DNA of 63,207 nucleotides, counting the filler, from a bacterium (GTDB lineage Bacteria > JAJRZV01): the NCBI GenBank assembly GCA_024275095.1. It is 8 parts of 8 records of this genome, joined end to end, with 100 filler letters (N's around TTAATTAATTAA, not from the genome) between each part and the next. Parts side by side here need not be neighbours in the genome. Positions count along the whole stretch, not along the records: positions 1 to 9,908 come from JAJRZV010000008.1; 7 more parts are not named here. One strand, 5' to 3'. Below the pieces are notes generated by a model. The model was not told the DNA's origin. It did not search any database and saw only the letters and a list, made by a program, of their open reading frames with translations. Shown here one piece after another: positions 1 to 10,008 of the stretch. How positions within the stretch are numbered: position 1 is the stretch's first letter; each line of letters opens with the position of its first letter. The position numbers were made by a program, and so were the translations under genes.

Positions 1-331
1 ACGGGACAGCAACGGCCCGGGAGTTCAGGTTGCTGATTCAGATCTCAAATACCCTTACCAGTCATGCAGGTTCGTAATCACAGGCAACACGTTTAAAAAT
101 CTTTACTGGGCACTTTACGTGGATAGTTATGGGGTGTGCCCTCTTCCTGCCACCAGCGTTATTGTCTTCGAGAACAATACCATCGAAAACACCAGCTATC
201 CGGGAGACAACCAGGAATATATCAACGGTACCTACAATAATGGAGAAATACTCTGCCTTGAATGGCCGTGTGGCGAACATGTTGCATGTGTCGGTGACGA
301 GTTTGATACAAGTCAGAAATTGTGCGAGTAA
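1..331 (+). CDS. C-terminal part of the right-handed beta-helix lipoprotein whose 5' part is at 47078-48153 (-)
   Basis: Bases 1-141 are the reverse complement of 47078-47218; the frame continues ...YVDSYGVC-PLPATSVIVFENNTIENT... to TAA at 329-331. Confidence 0.85.
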   Translation, partial: RDSNGPGVQVADSDLKYPYQSCRFVITGNTFKNLYWALYVDSYGVCPLPATSVIVFENNTIENTSYPGDNQEYINGTYNNGEILCLEWPCGEHVACVGDEFDTSQKLCE

Positions 332-384
332 TAAGCACCACGTTTATTTCGTCAGCTCGATAGGCATCCAAATATTTTTCGGTC

Positions 385-413
385 TTGACTTACATGTGAA
401 TCATGTGTATAAA
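385..413 (+). promoter_or_regulatory. Putative sigma70 promoter upstream of the CBS-domain gene
   Basis: TTGACT (385-390), 17-nt spacer, TATAAA (408-413). Confidence 0.45.
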
Positions 414-519
414 TTGCAGTATATGGCAACGTACTTCATGACGCAAGTACAAAAAGATCTTGACGCAGTGCGTAAGAACGCATAAAATTAAACTGGAAGC
501 TAAAACATGAGGTGAAACA

Positions 520-945
520 ATGAAAGTCTCTGACGTAATGAAAAAAGATGTTATAACCATCCGCGAAGAGGCAAGCGTGGGAGAAGCCCTTGCCCTCATG
601 GAGACCCATAAAATACGTCATCTTGTAGTCGTTGACTCTTCCGGTAAACTCACAGGGGTTATATCTGACAGAGACATTAAGTTCTCTCTCCCCACACGGA
701 AAACCCTGGAAGATCCTAAAAAACGCAAATTCTTTCTCTCGGCCATAAAAGTATCTGAATGCATGGTGCCAGACCCGCTTACACTTCAACCTGATACCGG
801 CATCAAGAAGGCTGCTGAACTTGTGCGTTCATGTAAAATCGGCTGCATTCCAGTGGTGGAAAATGATCAGCTTGTGGGAATTATTACGACATCCGACCTT
901 ATTGATTGTCTTATAAGCCTGATTGACGGGAAAGAAGCTGCTTGA
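520..945 (+). CDS. CBS domain-pair protein (AcuB-like)
   Basis: Two CBS repeats (KIRHLVVVD..GVISDRDI; KIGCIPVVE..GIITTSDL); GAGG RBS. Confidence 0.9.
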   Translation: MKVSDVMKKDVITIREEASVGEALALMETHKIRHLVVVDSSGKLTGVISDRDIKFSLPTRKTLEDPKKRKFFLSAIKVSECMVPDPLTLQPDTGIKKAAELVRSCKIGCIPVVENDQLVGIITTSDLIDCLISLIDGKEAA

Positions 946-961
946 AAAAGCTCATTTTATT

Positions 962-2032
962 TTATTCTACACGCCAGTAAAGAATAGTGCTATCCCCTTG
1001 TGCATCGCGTTCCAGCACAACCCGGATGGTACACGAGTATCCCTCCACCAGAGCTGATACCTTTGCGCTGAAGTAATTTGAGTGCACTCCCACTATTTCC
1101 GAAAGGAAACTTTTATCCTGACGGGTGAGATTCAATCCCAGGTCCTCATCCAGATACCTGATGAACTCACCGGGGCGCATGAACGGTTCCTCCTGCCTCC
1201 GGTTGATGATGTCCTGCGCAACCTCTTCATCGATCCCTTCCAGAAGTGACATCAAAACTTCTGCGGGAGCGGTGTTTACATTGATGGTGTAACCACCAAC
1301 GGGTTGAATGCGTGGATATACGGTCAAATACGGAGAGTACATGGGATCGTTGCGAGCTTCCTGCGTGCCCCCTGCGGTAAGTTTGAGAAACGTGGTATCG
1401 TCTATATCCTTAATCAATAGAAGTTCTGTAATGGTGTCCATGGGGGCATTTTTTGCTTCGTATCCATGTTCAAGAAAAAGGTAGTAGTCGCTTTCGGCGA
1501 TTCCTTCAGAGTCTTCATCTATCCAGTCAATAATGTTATCCACAATCCTGGGTTCAATACCCATGATCTCGAAGAAACGTTTCACCAGTGCCACACGCGG
1601 GTGTTCCCGCATTCCTCCTGAAAACCGCAAGCCTCTCCCGTCACCGCCCACAAGCATGTTCAGGTTGATTTTGGAAGTTTCATCTACGATGACACCACCA
1701 ACTGTACCTCTTATCCCATCAGAAGATTCCATGGGAATAGGAATTTCAGACGCGTGAGACCAGACCTCTTCGTTTGGGTCAAGCTCAGAAGTGATAAAAT
1801 CAACACGTCTTCCCTGCTCACGGTCTTCATCAGAATCGTTCTTCAAAAGGGCACGTGCAGCTTCGACACCAGCCAGTGCCATGTAATAGGCCTTGCGCTG
1901 CATTTTTATAGTTTCCACCCATGTACGACCAAGATTAATATCAATGCTGTTGAAAGCTATGAGGGCACCAAGAAAGGTGATTATTCCCGTCACGATAACC
2001 AGTGCAAATGCTCTCTGGCCTTTCTTTTTCAC
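962..2032 (-). CDS. gspK: Type II secretion minor pseudopilin GspK
   Basis: N-terminal AFALVIV hydrophobic segment, DETSKINLN, IIDWIDED and INVNTA motifs; follows gspJ. Confidence 0.9.
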   Translation of the reverse strand: MKKKGQRAFALVIVTGIITFLGALIAFNSIDINLGRTWVETIKMQRKAYYMALAGVEAARALLKNDSDEDREQGRRVDFITSELDPNEEVWSHASEIPIPMESSDGIRGTVGGVIVDETSKINLNMLVGGDGRGLRFSGGMREHPRVALVKRFFEIMGIEPRIVDNIIDWIDEDSEGIAESDYYLFLEHGYEAKNAPMDTITELLLIKDIDDTTFLKLTAGGTQEARNDPMYSPYLTVYPRIQPVGGYTINVNTAPAEVLMSLLEGIDEEVAQDIINRRQEEPFMRPGEFIRYLDEDLGLNLTRQDKSFLSEIVGVHSNYFSAKVSALVEGYSCTIRVVLERDAQGDSTILYWRVE

Positions 2033-2748
2033 CGTCGCAATGCTCCACCTGACCTGTACTGAGCTTCATACCCGACTTTTCTCTCAGCAAGCCTGAGAAT
2101 AACCACCTTCTCGAGAGTAAAAAATGAAGGGTTCTCTTCAGAACCTTCTCGGTCCCATACGGAAAGTACAATTTCTACTGCTTGAGGGAGCTTATAATTC
2201 TCTCTGGAATCCCACCGATCCAACCACTCGCGACCATCAAAATATCTTATATTAATAGAACGAATATCATCGAGTATGCGAACCCGGTATCCGCCGTGAG
2301 CATGTTCCCTGTCGGGAAGCTGATCAACGCGTTTCCACAAAGCGAGGCGGTCGTTTTCATAATCAGCTTCCCAGTAATAGGAAATCTCAGCCATCTCACT
2401 GATGTCTGCATCCCCTGAACCTGTTAAAAGATAATCTGCTGCCAGCGTCCAGAAAGTCAGGTGATCTGCGTCCCTGCCAAATACAGTATCATCCTCGCCG
2501 ATAAAAACCGTTACAGGTTCTGCATTAGATCCTCCCCGATAGGTCGCGGCAAGAAATGCACTTTCAAGTTCGCGTCCCATGATCTCCAGTACTCGCGCAA
2601 CGCGTGCATAGCGGGTGCTTACACTTACAGCACGCCTGCCAGCATTTACCGAAGAGATAAAAGTGGAATACACCACAGTCACCAGCACTCCCAGCAGTAC
2701 CACTGCGAGTAAAAGCTCAATTATGGTAAAAGCACGAGGGCACTTCAC
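2029..2748 (-). CDS. gspJ: Type II secretion minor pseudopilin GspJ
   Basis: Prepilin motif AFTIIELL, C-terminal W..RWDS...LPQAVEI; operon position. Confidence 0.85.
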   Translation of the reverse strand: MKCPRAFTIIELLLAVVLLGVLVTVVYSTFISSVNAGRRAVSVSTRYARVARVLEIMGRELESAFLAATYRGGSNAEPVTVFIGEDDTVFGRDADHLTFWTLAADYLLTGSGDADISEMAEISYYWEADYENDRLALWKRVDQLPDREHAHGGYRVRILDDIRSINIRYFDGREWLDRWDSRENYKLPQAVEIVLSVWDREGSEENPSFFTLEKVVILRLAERKVGYEAQYRSGGALRR

Positions 2749-3164
2749 CGACTCTGGCTCTCTGGCTTTACTTGGAGGTATGTAAGAAGAGAGTATGTTT
2801 TATCATCCCACTGGACTGTCACCTCAGGCATTTTCAGTTCTCCTGTAATCTCCACCGGGAGGTAAACAACACCTGATTCAGAAACATTTACTGTGAAACG
2901 CTGCTTCATATCACTGAGTCCGGTATCTTCTACCGGTGGACGCTCAAAATCGCTGTATTTTGACTCCAGTTCAAGAAATACCAGCTCCGTGTCAGCAAAA
3001 ACTGTGGCATAGGTATAATCTCTGATGAGCCCGGCAATGCGGATCTGATGAATCACAAACGAAATAAGGGTCACAAACACTGTGCCGACAATGGCGAGAG
3101 CTGCAACAACTTCAATTAGTGTAAAACCCTTACTCGTCTTCATAGAGAAACACATTAACTTCAC
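2745..3164 (-). CDS. gspI: Type II secretion minor pseudopilin GspI-like
   Basis: GFTLIEVVAALAI prepilin motif; lies between gspH and gspJ. Confidence 0.75.
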   Translation of the reverse strand: MKLMCFSMKTSKGFTLIEVVAALAIVGTVFVTLISFVIHQIRIAGLIRDYTYATVFADTELVFLELESKYSDFERPPVEDTGLSDMKQRFTVNVSESGVVYLPVEITGELKMPEVTVQWDDKTYSLLTYLQVKPESQSR

Positions 3165-3693
3165 CCTCGATAATTTCTACTTCACTGCTAAAGGGGTTTA
3201 AAAACACCGAAACAACACTTTCACCCTTCTCAAGCTTTACGAGAATCGGCAAGCAGCGTCCTCCCGGGAAAACCTGAATGTAGAGTTCTCCACTGGAAAA
3301 CTCCTCCGGGCCGACGGTAACAGACTTGATACTCACCAGTGAACCGATCTCCTTCTTTTTGTCAGTTTTTTTCCATTCACATGTACCATCACCAACAGGT
3401 TCGCACTCTTCAATGACAAAAACACCCTCCTCTATGTCTATATAAATACGAAGCAGGTGGCTCGTGGTATAACTTTCAGCCAGCACCCCTCTCATAAAGG
3501 CGCTGAGATCACGGGCTTCTTTTTTAAGACCCTCAATGGTAAAAAATGGTATTGCGGGAAAAACCAGCGCTGCCAGAAGCCCGATCAATAGCAATACAAC
3601 CGAAAGTTCTACGAGCGTAAATCCTCTTTCAGGATTTTTACGAAAACAAGAAATAAAACCCTTGCTGCTATTCTGCCGATATGTCTCTGGCAT
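3130..3693 (-). CDS. gspH: Type II secretion minor pseudopilin GspH-like
   Basis: GFTLVELSVVLLLIG prepilin motif; follows gspG; exact start uncertain. Confidence 0.75.
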   Translation of the reverse strand: MPETYRQNSSKGFISCFRKNPERGFTLVELSVVLLLIGLLAALVFPAIPFFTIEGLKKEARDLSAFMRGVLAESYTTSHLLRIYIDIEEGVFVIEECEPVGDGTCEWKKTDKKKEIGSLVSIKSVTVGPEEFSSGELYIQVFPGGRCLPILVKLEKGESVVSVFLNPFSSEVEIIEGEVNVFLYEDE

Positions 3694-4108
3694 CTATATC
3701 AGCGTTCTCCCCTTCTCCCCCAACTTCTCCATCTGCTCCAAGACACATGAGGGTGTATTCCTGTCCATCCGATGTGTAGTAATAATCATTGCCCCAGGGA
3801 TCTTTTGGCACTTTTTTGGAGGTGAGATATGGCTTCCAGTTCTTAGGTATTCTACCGGACGTGGGTTTCTCAACAAGCGCTTTCAAACCCTGCTCTGTGG
3901 TTGGATAAAACCCATTGTCCAATTTGTAAAGCTCAAGAGCCTGGGATAGATTCTTTAACTGGGCCTTGCATGTTTCAATTTTCGAGCGAGAGAGGTATCG
4001 CATTACATTAACAGACACAATTGTAGCCAGCAACCCGATGATGATGACCACCACCATAATTTCAATCAGCGTGAAGCCTCGCTCCCTGTGTTTTCTCATT
4101 TGTATCAC
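3668..4108 (-). CDS. gspG: Type II secretion major pseudopilin GspG
   Basis: GFTLIEIMVVVIIIG, YKLDNGFYPTTEQGL, KDPWGNDY, GADG..GGEGENADI. Confidence 0.97.
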   Translation of the reverse strand: MIQMRKHRERGFTLIEIMVVVIIIGLLATIVSVNVMRYLSRSKIETCKAQLKNLSQALELYKLDNGFYPTTEQGLKALVEKPTSGRIPKNWKPYLTSKKVPKDPWGNDYYYTSDGQEYTLMCLGADGEVGGEGENADIDARDISAE

Positions 4109-4118
4109 CTCCCTGATG

Positions 4119-5354
4119 TCACTTGATAAACTGCTGCATCTGAAGAAGAGGTAAAAGGACTGAAAGGATTATAAACAGCACAAGCCCGGCCATCAACACA
4201 ACTACAAGCGGTTCCAGAATGGAGATAAACGCATTTGTGGCCGTTTCTATTTCCTGGTCGAAAATTTCCGAAACCCGGAACAACATTTCTTCGAGTTCAC
4301 CGCTCCTCTCCCCTGCTGAAATCATGTGAATCACCACAGGGGGGAACACACCCGAATTCTTTAATGGTTCGGAAAGTGTTGTCCCTCGTGCAATACTTTC
4401 TTTTGTCTCATCTATCACTTCCTTGATGACCTCATTTCCAATAACACCACGCGCGATTTCAAGAGCTTTTACTATGCTTACGCCTCCCTTTAAAAGCGTT
4501 CCCAGCGTGCGCGCAAACCGGGAAGTCACAGCCAGTCTCACAAAACGACCAATAATGGGGAGCTTCAACTTTAAAGCATCTATGCGCCTGCGCCCGGCAG
4601 GTCTTCGGCTGTAAAAATAATATCCAATGTACACACCAACAGCAGCAACAATAAACAGAGGCCAGTAATTCACTGTGATATTGCTTACTCCAACAATAGC
4701 CCGTGTATAGAAAGGCAAACTATGGCCCAGATCTGCGAAAATTTTTGAAACACGCGGGATAACAAATCCTACAAGGATTACAAGCACTCCTATCATAACT
4801 GTGAAAACAATTGATGGATAAATAGCGATTGTAATCATCTTACTTCTGAACCTCACAACGTCCTCCAGATAATCCGCCAGCATGAAGAGAATGCCTTCGA
4901 GTGTACCGGAAGCCTCACCTGCTCCAACCATACTCACGTACAGATCTGAAAAAGCCCGCCTGTGAGAGGCCATGGCCTCTGCAAGGCTCGCTCCCTCCAT
5001 TACCCTGTCACGAATATCTGCGATAATCCTCTTAAAGTGGGGATTTTCGAATTGTTCAAGAAGAGCAGTGAGAGCCTCTACAACAGGAAGGCCCGCCCTG
5101 AGAAGCGTGGCAAATTCCCGTGTAAAAGCCGCTACATCCCTCAGTGATATGCGTGCAAAAAAAAGCTGTAGTCTTCCCACTACAGAAGATATACGTTTGA
5201 AACCTCCAGAGGGTAATACGCCCTCCTCTATACGAGTGACATACACACCTTCCTTCTTCAGTCTGTTATACGCCTCACGCGAGGTCTCTGCGTCCACGTA
5301 TCCTTTTACAACTTTTCCCTGGGTGTTATAACCCTTGTAATAGAAAACGGGCAT
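4119..5354 (-). CDS. gspF: Type II secretion inner-membrane platform protein GspF
   Basis: Two T2SSF domains (AGEASGTL, AGERSGELEEML), three TM segments. Confidence 0.95.
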   Translation of the reverse strand: MPVFYYKGYNTQGKVVKGYVDAETSREAYNRLKKEGVYVTRIEEGVLPSGGFKRISSVVGRLQLFFARISLRDVAAFTREFATLLRAGLPVVEALTALLEQFENPHFKRIIADIRDRVMEGASLAEAMASHRRAFSDLYVSMVGAGEASGTLEGILFMLADYLEDVVRFRSKMITIAIYPSIVFTVMIGVLVILVGFVIPRVSKIFADLGHSLPFYTRAIVGVSNITVNYWPLFIVAAVGVYIGYYFYSRRPAGRRRIDALKLKLPIIGRFVRLAVTSRFARTLGTLLKGGVSIVKALEIARGVIGNEVIKEVIDETKESIARGTTLSEPLKNSGVFPPVVIHMISAGERSGELEEMLFRVSEIFDQEIETATNAFISILEPLVVVLMAGLVLFIILSVLLPLLQMQQFIK

Positions 5355-5360
5355 GTATCT

Positions 5361-7076
5361 TCAGTCCAGTTCTTCCTGAGTCACCCTCATCACCTCTTCA
5401 ACCGTGGTTATACCGTCCTGGACCTTCCTCGCACCATCATCCCGCAGTGTCAACATTCCTTTTTCCGTGGCTCTCTTTTTAATAGAAGAAGAGTCTACAC
5501 CTCTGGTGATGAGGTTGCGGATATCGTCATCTATTACAAGCATTTCAAATATTCCGGTTCTGCCCTTGTAACCAGTGTGAAAACACATGTCACAACCCTT
5601 ACCTTTGTACAGGGTAATATCACTGGTTTCGGGCAATCCCAGTTATTTAATTTCCCACACTTCGGGTTTATAGGGCTCTTTGCAATTAGAACAAACAACT
5701 CTCACGAGACGCTGAGCAATAACGGCGATAAGCGAAGATGAAACGAGGAAGGGTTCTATACCCATATCTATCAAACGTGTAATGGCCCCGGGAGCATCGT
5801 TTGTGTGGAGTGTGCTGAGCACCAGGTGACCCGTGAGAGAAGCATGAATGGCGATTTCCGCTGTCTCCAGATCCCTGATCTCCCCTACCATGATGACATC
5901 CGGATCCTGTCTGAGTATGGCACGCAGTCCACTTGCAAAGGTCAATCCAATTTTAGGGTTTACGTGAATTTGACCAATACCGGGAAGCTGGTACTCAACG
6001 GGGTCTTCAATCGTGATGATGTTTTTTTCTTCTGTATTGATGCGAGAGAGACATGCATACAGGGTGGTCGTCTTACCGGATCCTGTGGGACCTGTAACGA
6101 GAATAATTCCGTGTGGTCTAATAATGAGCCGCTTTAAAAGTTCAAGTCGTTCTCCCGTGAGTCCAATATCCTCAAGACCCAAAAGCACACTGGAACGATC
6201 AAGAAGTCGCATCACCACACGCTCACCAAAAGTTGTGGGGATAGTTGACACACGAATATCAATGTCCTTGCCAGCCAGTTTGAGTCGAATGCGTCCGTCC
6301 TGAGGAAGGCGTTTCTCAGCAATGTTGAGTCCAGCCATCACTTTAATGCGTGATGAAATGCTGGGATGCAATCGTCGAGGCAGACGGTGGACTTCGTGTA
6401 AAACACCATCAACGCGAAAACGAATGGATAGGTCACTTTCAAACACTTCTATGTGTATATCACTGGCACCCTCGCGTACGGCCTTGAAGAACAATGAATT
6501 TACGAAGCGAATAATGGGTGCTTCATCTGTTGCCTCGAGCAGGTCCTTGGGCTCCTCCAGTTCTGCCACGCCTTCTCCATTGGTGAGATCCTCCACAACG
6601 TCTTCACGACTACCGATCTCTTCCTCGTATACGTGATTAATAACCCGAATGATTTCTTCTTCAGAAGAAACCACCACATCCACCGGTGCTTCGAGAAGTG
6701 CACTCACGTCATCAGAAGCAACATCAAGGGGCTCAGCTGTTGCCACAATAACAGTACTGTCTTTTTTCTCTATTGGTACCAGCAGGTGTTTTCTCGCAAA
6801 AGAAATAGGAATTTTACCCACAAGGTTCCTATCTATCTTCTTTAAATCAAAACGGTCAACAAATGGTAAACCAAGCTGTACGGCCAGCGCTTTTTTTAAC
6901 TGGGAGTCTGTGATTATACCTTTTGCTTTAAGAATTTCACCAAGGCGTCCACCTTTTTCCTGCTGCTCCTCAAGGGCAGCTCGAATGTCCTCGGGAGATG
7001 CGAAACCTTCCCTGATAAGAATTTGCCCTATCAATTCCTCTGCAAAAGTCGCTTTGCTTGTAGACACATCAGCCAT
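5361..7076 (-). pseudogene. gspE: Type II secretion ATPase GspE with one in-frame TAA at 5643-5645 (true nonsense mutation or sequence error)
   Basis: Walker A GPTGSGKTT, LRQDPDVIMVGEIRD, CSNC...CDMC zinc motif split across ORFs 5643-7076 and 5361-5636, which are in the same frame (WEIK*LGLPETS). Confidence 0.9.
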
Positions 7077-7247
7077 AGATTTATATTATCTCACACCAGA
7101 TTTGGAGTGAACAGTGAACGGTATCTCTGAACTATCCCTAAAACTTATATGAACACTCCCCATTTATAAACAAACCTTTTTAGTCGCACATGTTCCTTAA
7201 CAAATTACGAACAAAGATTGAAAATGTTACATGTTAAACTAATTCCT

Positions 7248-7631
7248 TTAAACAGCCAGGGCCTCGGGAGGAACGTTAATAGCTTCCTTAACTCGATTCT
7301 TCTCATCCACAATGACAATTCGGGGTTTGTGTTCAATGCGTTCCTCTTCTGAATATACAGCATAGCTTGCAATAATAATGAGGTCACCACGTGCAACCTT
7401 CCGTGCAGCAGCACCGTTCAGCACAATTTCGCCGCTCCCTCTTTTACCCTTAATCACGTAAGTTTCGAAACGCTCCCCATTGGTGATGTTGTAAATCTGC
7501 ACCAGCTCATACTCCACAAGATCAGCTGCCTCCATGAGATTTTCATCAATGGTAATACTTCCTACATAGTGAAGGTCCGCTCCCGTTACCGTGGCCCTGT
7601 GAATTTTCGATTTGAGCAGCGTTCTCTGCAT
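7248..7631 (-). CDS. panD: Aspartate 1-decarboxylase
   Basis: [19 protein letters not shown] autocleavage site, NGAAAR. Confidence 0.98.
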   Translation of the reverse strand: MQRTLLKSKIHRATVTGADLHYVGSITIDENLMEAADLVEYELVQIYNITNGERFETYVIKGKRGSGEIVLNGAAARKVARGDLIIIASYAVYSEEERIEHKPRIVIVDEKNRVKEAINVPPEALAV

Positions 7632-7648
7632 TGTGACACCTCCTCATT

Positions 7649-7733
7649 ATTTTATATTTCCCACCCGCCCTATCCCTGATTCTTTTCGGCGCGCAATCAG
7701 CACGCGCGCCGTGTGCGCTGAATTTTATATTTC
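7649..7733. repeat. Short dispersed repeat with a GGCGCGC stem, flanked by 12-bp direct repeats; second copy at 61181-61241
   Basis: Reverse complement of 7651-7710 aligns with 61181-61241 with only a few differences; ATTTTATATTTC at 7649-7660 and 7722-7733. Confidence 0.75.
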
Positions 7734-7758
7734 TTAAAGTGTACATCAGCACTTTCCC

Positions 7759-8622
7759 TCACCCTTTCCCTGCATTAAGAATTGCGTGGTCTATAAGTCT
7801 CGCCTTTCCCACCTTTACCGCGAGAGCCAGCATCACTTGTCCCTGAATAGAGTCAACGTCCTGAAACGTCTCAGGATCAACGAGACGCACGTAATCAATT
7901 TCAGTATGTGGATAACTCTTGATAAACGCCTTTACCGCCTCAACAATCTTGTCTGCATCTGTTTCTCCCTGTTCCACCAGCTGGCGCGCCTTTTCCAGTG
8001 ACCTTACCAGCGAAAGTGCTGACTTTCTCTCTTCCTCACTGAGGTACACATTTCTGGAACTCATGGCCAGACCATCGGATTCCCTGACTGTCGGCACACC
8101 CACAATTTCCACATCCATGTTGAGGTCCCTGACCATGCGTTCGATAACCTTGAGCTGCTGGTAATCCTTTTCTCCAAAAACAGCTATATGGGGCTTCACA
8201 ATGTTAAACAGTTTCGCAACAACTGTGGTCACACCACGGAAATGCCCGGGCCTTGATGCACCGCACAGGTATCGGGTTATTTCTGTTACTTCCACGTATG
8301 TCTGAAAACCCTCGGGATACATCTCTTCATCTGAGGGAGCGAATATGATATCCACACCCACACCCGCCGCCATTGTTACATCGCGTTCAAAGTCCCGTGG
8401 GTAATCTCTGAAATCTTCTTTTGGACCAAATTGAATAGGATTTACGTAAATGCTCACCACAACCACGTCTCCAAGCTCCCGGGCCTTGCGCATAAGGGTC
8501 AGGTGACCTTCGTGGAAATATCCCATTGTGGGAACAAATGCGATGCGGTGGCCTTTCTCTCGCAAGCGTTCGCTTTCGACCTTCATTTCTGTCACACTTT
8601 TGATAATTCGTACATCAGTCAT
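7759..8622 (-). CDS. panC: Pantoate--beta-alanine ligase
   Basis: [36 protein letters not shown]. Confidence 0.98.
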   Translation of the reverse strand: MTDVRIIKSVTEMKVESERLREKGHRIAFVPTMGYFHEGHLTLMRKARELGDVVVVSIYVNPIQFGPKEDFRDYPRDFERDVTMAAGVGVDIIFAPSDEEMYPEGFQTYVEVTEITRYLCGASRPGHFRGVTTVVAKLFNIVKPHIAVFGEKDYQQLKVIERMVRDLNMDVEIVGVPTVRESDGLAMSSRNVYLSEEERKSALSLVRSLEKARQLVEQGETDADKIVEAVKAFIKSYPHTEIDYVRLVDPETFQDVDSIQGQVMLALAVKVGKARLIDHAILNAGKG

Positions 8623-9421
8623 GATACACGTGCTCCTCAGAAGGAAAAGTGCCTGAACGTACCTCCTCTATAAATCTGGTCACACTTTCTTTCACGGCTG
8701 AAGCCATATCAAAATATTTTTTGACAAACCGGGGCACCTTTTCCGTGAAACCCAGCAAGTCATGAAGAACCAGCACCTGACCATCACAGCATGCCCCGGC
8801 ACCGATGCCAATGGTGGGAATGTTGACGCTGGATGTAACAGCCTTCGCTGTCTCCTCGGGCACTCCTTCCAGTACCACCGAAAACACACCCGCTTCCTCC
8901 AGAGCTTTTGCTTCCTGAACCAGATGCCTCCGCGCTTCCTCACCACGCCCCTGAATGCGATAGCCACCAAAGGATTTCACCCACTGTGGAGTAAGCCCCA
9001 GATGACCCATTACAGGAATACCAAAACTTACCATGCGAGATACGGCTTCCAGCACAGGGCCGCCACCTTCGACCTTCACTGCATCAGCCCCTGCTTTAAT
9101 AAGGGCCACCGCACTTTTTACAGCTTGTTCCACCGAAGGTTGAAACGAACCAAAAGGCATATCTCCCACGATCAGTGCACGTTTTACAACTCTGGCCACA
9201 GCACGGGTATGATGCACCATGTCATCCAGAGTAACAGGCAGGGTGTTTTCATATCCAAGAATGACATTGCCAAGTGAATCCCCGACAAGAATGACATCTA
9301 TTCCTGAAGCATCGAGCAGAGAAGCAAAAGCTGCATCATACGCGGTAAGGCATACAATTTTTTCACCGGATTTGCGAGCGATAATATCTTTTACCGTAAT
9401 TTTTTTGCACTCATGTCCCAT
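8615..9421 (-). CDS. panB: 3-methyl-2-oxobutanoate hydroxymethyltransferase
   Basis: [34 protein letters not shown]. Confidence 0.98.
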   Translation of the reverse strand: MGHECKKITVKDIIARKSGEKIVCLTAYDAAFASLLDASGIDVILVGDSLGNVILGYENTLPVTLDDMVHHTRAVARVVKRALIVGDMPFGSFQPSVEQAVKSAVALIKAGADAVKVEGGGPVLEAVSRMVSFGIPVMGHLGLTPQWVKSFGGYRIQGRGEEARRHLVQEAKALEEAGVFSVVLEGVPEETAKAVTSSVNIPTIGIGAGACCDGQVLVLHDLLGFTEKVPRFVKKYFDMASAVKESVTRFIEEVRSGTFPSEEHVYHD

Positions 9422-9451
9422 AAAAAACCTCCGGCGGACCCAGCCGGAGGC
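9422..9451 (-). terminator. Hairpin plus U-tract directly before the panB start; could be a terminator and/or an SD-sequestering stem
   Basis: Minus strand reads GCCTCCGGC-TGGGTCC-GCCGGAGG-TTTTTT-ATG; the 3' arm contains the GGAGG Shine-Dalgarno. Confidence 0.7.
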
Positions 9452-9518
9452 AACGATATTCCTCGTTACGTCTCCGTCCAGGTCCAGCCTCTACATCCAG
9501 ATCCCGGCGGATCACTAA
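9452..9518 (-). ncRNA. pan RNA motif (cis-regulatory element upstream of panB)
   Basis: Minus strand GATCTGGATGTAGAGGCTGGACCTGGACGGAGAC in the panBCD leader resembles the pan motif as I recall it; boundaries approximate, no covariance search run. Confidence 0.7.
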
Positions 9519-9668
9519 CAAAACAATACCATTTACTTAGCAAACTTGTCAACGCAACGTGTCAAAAAACTCTCCCGGGTTCATCTCCAAAAGCCCGGAA
9601 CTTTATTCCTGTACTTGTAAATTTGGATTAAATTTTTATTCTTCTGCCTGAAGGTCTTCGCGTTATTA

Positions 9669-9836
9669 CTACTTCTTGCAGCTTCGCTTTTTCTTCGTGT
9701 TACATGAGGACTTTTTCCCTGCTCCAGCACCTCCTGCCTTCTCAAACGAACCTGAAGCTCCACACTCCGGACACTTTCTGGTTTTGCATCTGGAATCTTT
9801 AATAAATCCACACTTAGAACATTTCCACTCTGCCAT
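9669..9836 (-). CDS. Small RCKP-type rubredoxin-like protein (55 aa; absent from the ORF track)
   Basis: AAGGAGGAG RBS; MAEWKCSKCGFIKDSRCKTRKCPECGASGSFEK... with two CxxC motifs and a Lys-rich tail. Confidence 0.85.
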   Translation of the reverse strand: MAEWKCSKCGFIKDSRCKTRKCPECGASGSFEKAGGAGAGKKSSCNTKKKRSCKK

Positions 9837-9908
9837 TTTTTCTCCTCCTTTAATTTCTTTAACTTTTAAATTTTACTCAAGTAATAATCATTTGCAAAAT
9901 TGGTGTCA

Positions 9909-10008
9909 NNNNNNNNNNNNNNNNNNNNNNNNNNNNNNNNNNNNNNNNNNNNTTAATTAATTAANNNNNNNNNNNNNNNNNNNNNNNNNNNNNNNNNNNN
10001 NNNNNNNN
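9909..10008. other. Artificial contig linker
   Basis: N44-TTAATTAATTAA-N44 (stop codons in all six frames). Confidence 0.99.

Noticed and set aside
9581..9811. 76-aa ORF upstream of panB
   Set aside because: Alternative frame of the real rubredoxin-like ORF 9669-9836, which has the RBS and CxxC motifs
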